From a virus (taxonomy: Duplodnaviria > Caudoviricetes), in IMG/VR virus record IMGVR_UViG_3300017913_000707, positions 1 through 41,250 of that record: DNA of 41,250 nucleotides; one strand, given 5' to 3'. Below, piece after piece: positions 7,391 to 17,000 of the stretch. The notes beneath the pieces were generated by a model. The model saw only the letters and a program-made list of their open reading frames with translations, ran no database searches and was not told the origin of the DNA. The stretch's first letter is position 1, and every line of letters begins with the position of its first letter. The position numbers and the translations under genes are program-made.

Positions 7391-9019
7391 TTATTCAAAC
7401 AAGCTGTCTCCAGCCTTTGGTTGATTTGCAGAGGATGTAACATCTTGAACAGCCTTTTCAACATCACCCTTCGGGCCAGTTACCAATCCTTTCTGAAGCT
7501 TCTCGAAGGTAATTGTCTCGTCGTTATAAACCCTTCTGATTGCCTGAATGATCTGATCAACCTTAGGCTTATCGTTGATTCTGTCAAGCATGATTGTCTT
7601 GACCTTAGATCCTTTGTAGTTCAGGTTCATTAGAGCAATCTTACCGTTAGGCAAGAACACCAAGTCGCTCAAGTTCAGGTCAAACTGTTCTGGCTCAAGC
7701 TTATCTTCTCCAAGATCTTCCTCAAGGAAATAGATTTTATCTCTAAGATCTTTGGCTGCCTCACTGTTCTTGTTTTCGATATCTGCATACCTTCTATTGA
7801 GTTCAGCAAGATCCCTGTGCTCCTGACCAAAGTTCGGGTTGGGGAGCTGGATGGCTTCAGTTTCTTTAGTGTTCTTGGCAAGGCTACCCAAGGTGTATCG
7901 CGTTCCTTTGAGCTCTTCCTCATTCATGTCCTCCAAGTTCAACACCCTACCCATCTCGTCAAATGCAAGGAGCTGACCCTCTTTGAACAGGTGAGTGGCG
8001 CTAAAGCTGTACTCAGACTTACTGTCAAACTCATTTCTGAAGACCTGTCTGCCTCTGCCAGAACCACCATCATCGTCATCTTCCTTGTCAGGAAATCGAG
8101 AGGCCTCAACCATCTCATTGATAAGATCCTTGTTCTTATTATTGATGTAGTCTTCGTGAAGATTATATTCTGGGCTGTTTATGTCTGCAGTAATGTATGC
8201 AGAAACAAGAGCTTCATTGTCTCTATATCCGTCACCCCACAAGTTTTCAACTGCCCAAGCTCTAGCAGACGCTCCATCTTCATTATCTGAACCAGCGTTT
8301 ACAATTCCAGTAGCAGACTTTACTGCTCTTGACCTATCCCAAACGTTTTTGTCAAAAGATCTAACAGATTCACGAACAACAGACTCACCAATTTGAATGG
8401 CACTTCTTCCGTATCTAGATGTAGTCGGAGCTGCAAACGTAGAAGGATTAGCCCAACGTTCCCAGCTCTGAATTGGCGCCCAATCACCAACCTCTTCTCC
8501 TGTCTCTTGATCTACCTGTTTAAAGAAGACAGTACCATCAGCGCCCATGTAGGTTGTGATATCGTTTCCTTCAAACATCTGCTGAGCCATGATGCTACCT
8601 TGTGGAGTAGCTGCAGATTGCTGATAAACGGGTAGTTGTTCGTTGTATTTTGCAGCAGCCGCAGGGTCAGTAGCAATTTCATTGAGCGTCTCTCTTGAAG
8701 ACTGCACCTCTTTGCTGTTGTGTGCCGCATGAGTGTTAAACCAGTTGGCTATGTTCTGTACAGATTGACGTGCTGCCACAGGATCATCAATAGAGAAGTC
8801 ATAAATCTTCTCCATTTCCTGATTCATGTACGTTTTAAAGTGATCTCTCAGTGGGGGTATAAGCTTAGATATATCATACCCTTCTGTCTTGGATAGAAGT
8901 TTATCAGCAGCCTCTCTTCGAGACTTCATCTGATCCATGATCGCCTTCTGATCAGGACGGATCGCTGAGAAGTCTGCCTTCCCTATTTGCGGAAGTCTTT
9001 CTGTGTACGCTACAGCCAT
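7391..9019 (-). CDS. Putative internal virion/ejection protein, 542 aa
   Basis: Middle gene of the post-tail trio; helical N-terminus; TAATG-coupled to the upstream gene. Confidence 0.55.
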   Translation of the reverse strand: MAVAYTERLPQIGKADFSAIRPDQKAIMDQMKSRREAADKLLSKTEGYDISKLIPPLRDHFKTYMNQEMEKIYDFSIDDPVAARQSVQNIANWFNTHAAHNSKEVQSSRETLNEIATDPAAAAKYNEQLPVYQQSAATPQGSIMAQQMFEGNDITTYMGADGTVFFKQVDQETGEEVGDWAPIQSWERWANPSTFAAPTTSRYGRSAIQIGESVVRESVRSFDKNVWDRSRAVKSATGIVNAGSDNEDGASARAWAVENLWGDGYRDNEALVSAYITADINSPEYNLHEDYINNKNKDLINEMVEASRFPDKEDDDDGGSGRGRQVFRNEFDSKSEYSFSATHLFKEGQLLAFDEMGRVLNLEDMNEEELKGTRYTLGSLAKNTKETEAIQLPNPNFGQEHRDLAELNRRYADIENKNSEAAKDLRDKIYFLEEDLGEDKLEPEQFDLNLSDLVFLPNGKIALMNLNYKGSKVKTIMLDRINDKPKVDQIIQAIRRVYNDETITFEKLQKGLVTGPKGDVEKAVQDVTSSANQPKAGDSLFE

Positions 9020-10065
9020 TACTTAATCGTAATTTCCTGCTGAGGAACTTGGAACTGTGGCTCATCGAAATGACTCATCTTTTCGAGCGCATCCAAGAGT
9101 TCTTTAGGAGGGTTTTCCATAGCCTCAACAGCGGCCTTGAGCATGTTGAAGGCCATCATTGTATTCTCTGTCTGTTCTGGGTTAAGAACTGCTTCCTCTC
9201 CAGTGAGTTCTGCCTCCTTCTCCCCAGTCTCCTCGTCAATCAAAGCCTTCTTGTTGGTGTCGTGATTGAACTCTCCACCCGTCATGTAGATTTGATCGTT
9301 AAGCATGCCACCATTCTCCGCCAGCATCAAGGATGTGATGTCGTTCTGACTCAAGGTATCTCCAACAGCACCAATACCCTCGACAGCAGCCTCTGTTCCA
9401 GCAGCATATCCGAGAGACGCCGCCGTCTGACCTTCGCCACGAAGCGCCTCTTGGAGGGCTCTGTTTGCCATGATATTACGATCCGAAGTAAGCTGAGCTC
9501 TTTCAACATTAAGGTCTCCAACCTGCTGTTCTCTCAAGATGTTGGCCTGAGAATACTTTTCTGCCAAGTCAGTGACTCTTTGCTTCGCTTCGGTAGATTG
9601 CATGGCCGCCTGAAGTCCTGACTGTGCCATCTGCTGTGAAAGAGCTGGAGCTATATTCGCAATGGTCTGACCAGATCTTGTAGGGTCCATAACGCCAGAA
9701 GCAATAGCCTGCTGAGACATCGCAAGGTTCCCCTCTCTAAGATTCTTCATTGCCTCAGCGCTCTGACGCATCTGAAGATCAGCCAAGTCTCTTGTATCCT
9801 GCGTTACACCAAGCTTAGGTCCTGCCTGAAGCTCTGGACCTGTCTCGTATTGAAGCTCATTAAGTCTATTGAGAGCATCTTCTGCAATTTGCTCCCCCTC
9901 TTTTCTCTGCTTTCTTGCTTTCAATCCCTTAACCCCAGCCTGAGCAAGCTTGGTGCCTCCAGCAATAACCAATCCAAGAGTGATGGGGTCGATTGCTTTC
10001 TGAAGATATGGGAGGTCGGGCCCAAAAACTAAATAGTGTAGGAAGTCGTAGATAGCCTCGATCAT
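9019..10065 (-). CDS. Putative ejection/pilot protein (Ala/Gln/Gly-rich), 348 aa
   Basis: Start reassigned to ATG 10065, 5 nt after a TATATTTG box. IDPITLGLVIAGG hydrophobic N-segment, Q/A-rich helices, C-terminal AENGGM..GEFNHDTN..EAELTGEE. Confidence 0.6.
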   Translation of the reverse strand: MIEAIYDFLHYLVFGPDLPYLQKAIDPITLGLVIAGGTKLAQAGVKGLKARKQRKEGEQIAEDALNRLNELQYETGPELQAGPKLGVTQDTRDLADLQMRQSAEAMKNLREGNLAMSQQAIASGVMDPTRSGQTIANIAPALSQQMAQSGLQAAMQSTEAKQRVTDLAEKYSQANILREQQVGDLNVERAQLTSDRNIMANRALQEALRGEGQTAASLGYAAGTEAAVEGIGAVGDTLSQNDITSLMLAENGGMLNDQIYMTGGEFNHDTNKKALIDEETGEKEAELTGEEAVLNPEQTENTMMAFNMLKAAVEAMENPPKELLDALEKMSHFDEPQFQVPQQEITIK

Positions 10066-10068
10066 AGT

Positions 10069-10078
10069 TGCAAATATA
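10069..10078 (-). promoter_or_regulatory. Bacteroidota sigma-A -7 box (TAnnTTTG)
   Basis: TATATTTGCA-ACT-ATG directly upstream of the ejection-protein cluster. Confidence 0.75.
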
Positions 10079-10085
10079 GTTATTC

Positions 10086-11036
10086 TCACTTAGAATGGTC
10101 TAAGTCAGTTGGTTCGTAGTTTACGTTGAGTGAATAGAGTTCAAAGTTTTGATTGCCCAAGTTGATGACTGACTCAGCATACTGACCCCTCAAGAAGTCT
10201 CCATTGACAGAAGGGTCTGTTATTGCAAATACAGATATACCGCCTTGAGGATTGCTTTGGGCAGCGTCGATAAAGGCCTGAAGACCAGCAAGTGCTGACA
10301 TAGAAGCCTTGAAAACAATGCCCTCATTGACAAGAACTGAATCAGTGATGGCAGAAAGCTCTTCATTACTAGGCACTGTAAATCCAGAGCTCAGTGTATA
10401 GAAGTCAACATCCTGACTTATGTTCTGCTGATTACCGTCGGTGTCAAAAACCACAGGCTGCAAGCTTGATGAGGAAGCAAAGGCCAGCTTGGTAGAACCA
10501 CCAAAAGCAGGGGCTGCACCGTAAAGACCATCAAATGCATACAGATTATCCATTGGGCCGCCAATGGTCAAGAACGAAGTGTCCGCCTCGATTACACCAA
10601 TAAGCTTGAGGTTTACGTTGGGCTTGATTCTGCTGTCCTTGGGAATACTCCCGTAAAGAATACCACCTTTGTTAGACACAGTTCCAACCTGTATAGCCCT
10701 TGGAGCTTGATTTGGCTGCAAGCTATCGCTAGTAGAGAAAGTGTGAAGGGAGCCAGTTAGGTTCTCACTACCCTCAACACTAAACGTCTTATACAACTTG
10801 TTCTGAGATGGGTTGTCATTGAAAGACACCGATATAACAGAGGGGTACGGCGTACCGTAGAAGTTGTTGTTTTGGGTGTTTGTGTTGTGCTCCCAGCATA
10901 CAACATCGTCAGATGCCTCAACTCTCTTCCGTGAAGAAAAGAACTGCTTATCCATAGACGCATAGTTTGAAGACTCATAGTCGTACTTAGACGTCCATAT
11001 ATTCTTCTTGTCGTTAAAGGCTATTGTCTTCTTCAT
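10086..11036 (-). CDS. C-terminal moiety of the tail muzzle/stabilisation protein encoded as a separate gene, 316 aa
   Basis: Begins TIAFNDKKNIWTSKYDY and contains NNFYG..SVSFN..KLYKTFSVEG and GDFLRGQY, motifs I recall from the C-terminal third of crAss-like stabilisation proteins. Confidence 0.6.
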   Translation of the reverse strand: MKKTIAFNDKKNIWTSKYDYESSNYASMDKQFFSSRKRVEASDDVVCWEHNTNTQNNNFYGTPYPSVISVSFNDNPSQNKLYKTFSVEGSENLTGSLHTFSTSDSLQPNQAPRAIQVGTVSNKGGILYGSIPKDSRIKPNVNLKLIGVIEADTSFLTIGGPMDNLYAFDGLYGAAPAFGGSTKLAFASSSSLQPVVFDTDGNQQNISQDVDFYTLSSGFTVPSNEELSAITDSVLVNEGIVFKASMSALAGLQAFIDAAQSNPQGGISVFAITDPSVNGDFLRGQYAESVINLGNQNFELYSLNVNYEPTDLDHSK

Positions 11037-11038
11037 GA

Positions 11039-14000
11039 TTACTGATCTAGACCCAGTTCAAACGTCTGTGTAGCTGGATTAAATATGATAACCTTATTTG
11101 CTGGAATTACAGAGTTCAAAATATTTGTCAAGGTGCTTATGAATTCTGGTGTTGAGTCCCCCTCGGAGAAAGAATAAAAATTAGTGCTAAGATTTTGCTC
11201 CGAAAAATCAGCAAACCTTCGATCTCCAACATATGATGTGACGTGATCTGCGCCATCCTGAGCGGATACAAGGCCGCCACCTATTTCCCCGATTTCAGAT
11301 ATCAGGGATAACAAGTCTGCATTAGTTACAGAACCATCTCCGTCTATGTCACCCGCTAGCCCTCTGGCGTTAAAGGGTGTCCCACCAAATAATTGAGCTC
11401 CAGATGATGTGCCATCCAAGAAAGTAAACTTTGGTTGTCCTTCAAACCCGAATAGTCTTCCTGTTGCAAAGTTTACGTTGCTGAGTGTTTTCTCAAAAGC
11501 AAGATTTACAGCTTGGTTTACAGCATTAAGAGCCAAGTTAGCGGTTTGTTCTGGGTCAGTTGGTGCTGGATCATCACTCAAAGAAGCCTCAATAGCAGCA
11601 ACAAGACTAGCGTATGTCTCAGGACTAAGGATGTCTTGAGCCGTGCCTTGGAAGATAATAGGATTACCATCGAGAGTCGGGAAGGTCTGGCCGTTAATCT
11701 CTTGGTTTCCATCTTGAATAAAGCTATATCCGGAAGTTACATCTATTATCCTGTCGAGTGCCTTTCTTAGTGCATCATAGGAAGAGACCAGACTTCCTGA
11801 AGATGTGGTTTTAACTATACCTCCTGCAAGATCAGATGCAGTCAACCCATCACCACCTTCTCCAGTAAATCCAACGCCGTAAGAAACGGGGCTTGAAGTA
11901 TCGATTGTCAGCCCATCAGCTGTTAATGAAGTAATGTCATCTAGACTTTCAGATCCGAATAGCGCCTGAAACTCTCTCAATCTAGCGACTGCCTCTTGGG
12001 TATTCCCAAGTATGCTAGACAAAGCCTGATATTGTGGAGTTGAACTAAATGGTGCCGACAGTCCAATGTTCAAGTAGTCTCCTATTACAGAAACATCTTG
12101 ATTGTTTACTTGATCTGAAGAAAAGAATAATTCAGAAGCTAGCGGTGTAATTGCCGAAGTAACAAGAGCCTTAAGGTTTAGAATTTGAGTCCCAAGGTCT
12201 GTCTCAGCAGCTTGAATCACATTCTTAAATGAGCTGAGTCTAGCCTCAATCAAAGTAGAATCACTCTCAGGGTCTATAATATCCTCAAATTCAATATTTT
12301 CTAGCTGTGCACCAGTAACGGTAAGACCGCCAAAAGAAACAGCAGCAGTAACTGCGTCAACGGCATCTTTAATCTTTTGACGAAGCTCAGGCGTTATATC
12401 ACCCGTGCCACCAGTAATTGGGTCGTTAGGGTCAAAGTTTGTGAGAGCGTCCAGAACATTTGATACATTGCCAAAAAGATTTAGGAAGGTATCTCCAAGA
12501 CTTACTTGGGTTAGTGTTTCTCCATTGAGAGAATCTACAATTTCTTGACCCGTTGTTGGCGGTGTGCCGATAAGGAATTCGTAAAATGCTTCTGGTACAG
12601 CGTTAGCCCCAGTGTTTTCATAGGGCACGTCAATGCCAGCTATGTCACTCTGAATGTCATACGTGGTTTGAGCAGAGTTGTAAAGAGAGAACGCAAGCTG
12701 ATCCCTTACAGCCTCAAGAGCAATGGTTGTAGTAGTAAGGTTATCAACCTCGCCTTGGTAATCAGTTCTGTAGTTCAGAAGTCCACTCTCAATAAGGTTG
12801 AGAACATTGGTGTATGTTAGGTTATTACCCCCAATGATCTGTTCTTCTAACAGGGCGTAAGACGGATCATCTTGAACCGCATCATACAGGTTTTTGAGCG
12901 GGCTATCTTGAACCCCCTCTACTGATTCAAGGCCGTAGTCATCACCAAATGGATTTCTGCTTTGAGCGTTTAGATCTTCGAGCGGTGCGTTGAGTTCTGG
13001 GCCACGACCTTCGTAAGTGGCTGTAACGAATGCAGCAATCTGCTGAAGCAGATCCTCCTTTTCAGCGTTGATCTCATCAAGCTCACCCTTGATGTTTATG
13101 TTCTCCTCAATGATGTCATCAAAGCTGTTTGCATTGATGCTGTTGATGAGCCTAGTGAGGTCTGCGTTAAGACCATTAAACCCAACAAACTCATTGACGA
13201 AGTCTTCATTATCAAACAACGCACTACCCTCGGGGTGAATGCTTTCTGTAAATTCATCCTGCAACGAAACAGTTGTGGGGATACCATACCCAATTTCAAA
13301 TGTGATAACTTCGTTGTTGCTCAGATTAAACGACCCCTGAGTTCTATCGTATCTACCCACTGCAGGTTCGTTGATCGTAGTATCGTACTCTCTGATCTTG
13401 TCAACAAAAGCCTCGACAACACTTAGGTACTGGTTAAGATTAACCGTGTCACCCGGGCTGATACCCAAGTCACTGAATACAGATGCATTGAGGTTTGCAG
13501 GGAGATTAATTTCACTGGCGCTAACCGCCTCAGCACGAGGTGTACCGGGAGCGTAAGAGCTAATGAATGTCGATCCTTCAACGATGGCTGCTTGTGCTTG
13601 CTCAAGAACTTGAAGGTGCAGTTGCTCAGTAGCTTGAATCTGAGAAGCATTAGTGTTTGTAATGCTTGCGATCTCCTGCTCAAGCTCCGAGATATCTTCA
13701 TTGAGACTGTCAATGGCTTCGTCTACACCACCATCGGGCGGGTTGTTTACAGCCTCTCCAATAAGCGTATACAGATTCAGTATCTGCTGCTGCAGATCAT
13801 CAATCGTCTGGTTAGCCTCACTCAAAGAAACCTGCAAGTCACCAGCATCCTCAAGCAAAGCGTCAAGATCCTCCTGCGTAATGTCTGGAGGAGTGGGGAT
13901 GCTTGGGTCTGGCGTTGCAACACCCTCGCTCTGACGGAAGAACTCGCCGCCAGTGTATCCAATCCTAACAGAGTTGTGTACACTGATAACAAACTCATCA

Positions 14001-17000
14001 AGAACAGGATCATATCCACCAACCACACGCACTGTATTGGTAGCATCCTGAGCTTCTATGGCGGAGCTGAAGAGCTCTCTGAAGTATGACTTCAATCCAT
14101 ACTCAGAAATGATTGCAACACCATTCGCTGGGTTGAACTTGTATACCTCAAACTTTTCTTTGTTTGCAAAGTATATGCTCTCCCCAACCTTAGTAACTGA
14201 TTCTGGGTTGTCGCTACAACCATAGTCTCCCGAGTAGAATCTCTGAGTCCCCAAGGCCTTCTCAGAGGCTACGACAACGTCGCCTCCAACAGCATCAGAA
14301 AGAAGAGTTCTTGATACAGGGATGTCGCTAATCTTGTCCTCTTGAATTACGAAAACACTGTCCCCCCTGTCAACCATCTTCTGAATACTGCCGTGAGCGT
14401 TAGGAAGGTCCTTGAAGTTAGAGGTGGTTGCATCAAATGTGCAGTACCTAAGTCTAGGAAGGGCGTAGTTGTTTACATCACTAAACGTAATCGATGAGTC
14501 TCTACGAATCTCTCTTTGGAATCTGTTGACAACCTTAGGCTTGCCCCAGTTGTGTTGATTCGCACCAATGATAGTATCAGTAAACGTCTTTGTCTCCAAG
14601 AAGTAATCCAAGAATCTTGGGCCCGAACCCTCATCATTCTGAATGAGATTTATGTAGCTCCCGTTGTCGTCATTGAATCGAGGCATATTGACGGGCAGTC
14701 TCCTGAAGTACACATCACCCTCTGTAAGGACAATGTTTGGGTTTTCCCAAGTAAAGCTACCGTTCTCCTCAATTATGCTGTACTTCTTTCCAACCTCATA
14801 GTAGATTCTGTCTTCAGCATCTTGATTCTTGAGAGGAGAGTATATCTCAACAACACACCTACTGTTCCATCTGTGAGATGCAGAGTCAGGGTTTTGATTG
14901 TCATTAAGGATGCTGTCGCGAACGTTGTTGTAGGCAAACCCAACGGCGGAAGGATTGTTCCTCAGCACAAGGAACTGACCGACACACGCTTTAGGCAGTT
15001 CTGCATCAGGGTTTCTTAGTGGGTTCTCTTCATCGTCAGCCAGAGTTACTGTCTTTACAATGTCGAACTCAAATGCCTCGGGGAACACCCTTGCAGCAAG
15101 CTCGTCATCGAGGCCCGAGAGAGAACCAAAGTATGAGATTATCCTAAGCTTGTCACCGTCCTTAAACGTGTACATGTCCTGAGCACCATCGTAATTGATG
15201 GCACCAAATGCACCCGAGTAAGAAACCTTGCTGTTGTTCTGAAGGTAGTTCAGAGAAACGTAGATGTTTCCATTGCCGTCAGGATCGTCAGAGTCATACT
15301 CAACGAACGCTCCACCCGTGGTATACTGCACGAAGTCATCAACAGTGCTGTTACCCCCGTATACGAGCTGATAATTCCAAGCCCAAGATGGAGGGGTTAC
15401 GTTTTGTAGATTTACTTGTATTTGGACGGGACCCTTCTTTGGAAGAACATTGTAGCCGGGAACGTATACGCTACCAATCGGGACAACATCACTAGCTCTT
15501 CCTCTCTGGTCGTAGAATACAATGCCAAAGTCGTGATTCGCTTTGGTCTTGAAGGACTTGTATGGTTGATTCTCACCAGCTGTCAGAGGTGGGATCTGAA
15601 CTGTTTCAAAGTCTCTTACCTCAATGTGAGGATGCAACTCATCAAGAAGCTCGTCATCATCAGCAACTCCGTAGTCCGTAAAGTCTGATAGGGTGAGGTT
15701 GAGAGTGTTAGAGATGAGCGGCATGTTGTTAAGTGCAGCCCTTTCATTATTCAATGTAACCATCCCTCTGTCTGACCAAGGAGAAACCCCCATGAGAATA
15801 GTCTGGTAAGACACACTAGACATACCCTGACCAGAAGAGCTATCCCCCTGCCTTCCGCCAGCACCAGCCTCTCCATCAACGAAGCTAAATGCGTAGTCGA
15901 AGAACAGATCGTCCCTGTCAAAAATGTTTATCCCGTGGTTCTGATACGTATCCTGAGCGTAGTTATGAAAAGTGTTGATGAGTCTACCACCCGTGAAAGA
16001 GATAAATTCATTACCCACATCAACAAGTCCATCAAGAGCATCTTGAATACCTCCGCCGCTAAATGAACTTGTAATGAATCCTTCGAAGTCCTCAGTAATA
16101 GTGACAGAGGCTTCTGAGGGTATCAGGAAGCCCAGCCACCTCCTCATGTTCTGAGTGTTCTGAACACCCTTTTGACCCGCAATAGTTTCGGCAGCGTTGC
16201 TCTGAGCGGCAGCAAAAGCCTTTGCATAAGCAATTGGACTAGGACCTGCATCATATTGCTCTTGAGCAATCTCGTAAAGATCTGTAGCGTTAAGTGTGAA
16301 TAGCTGATCGAAATCAGCTTGAGTCATGTTGGGTACTTGGAACTGAATGAAGTCCCTAGTCATACACACCCACCCCTTAAGAGCTACGTCTCCACTTTCA
16401 ACAACAATTCCAGTAACATTCCCATTAGGAAAATCCATCTTGACATCTGGAACACAAGTAAGGATGTCAAAGTCCCCAATGTCGATAAGGTCCAGAGACA
16501 AGAACAGATCGTTTGGTCTGTCTTCGTCAGCGAGCTCAGGATCTGGGTTTGGATTTTCAATGGCGTAGAAATCACTTACATCTCTGAGCCTAAACTCTGG
16601 CTGAGCCTTGTTTACAATGAAGTAACCCATGGGCGCAGAGAACTGAGCTTGATCCTCAGTGTATAGTCCATCATACCTACCCACGGCGACAATAAGATCA
16701 GCTCTAGGGTCTACGCTACCTTGGACGTTTATCTTCTCAAGATTATTGATGCCAAGGTCAATCACATATGACGCAGTAGAAACTGAGTTTATGATTGAAA
16801 TAGGAGGGGTAGGATCTTCTGCAACTCCGTCAACGCCATCAACCCTCGTCGGAGGACCAAGAAGCATTGTCTTGATTGCATTAGTCAGTTCGTCTTTTGT
16901 GAGGTCGGCAAGGGTAACGAAAGACCCACTAAAGGTCATGCTCTTGCCCTCAATGATAAAAGGATTACCAGCATTGGTTCCATACACAGCCTTCTGTCCA

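Noticed and set aside
11034-11041. Possible read-through or frameshift fusing the two muzzle parts
   Set aside because: TAA-TC-ATG is out of frame, with a proper ATG and no slippery sequence; separate translation is simpler.
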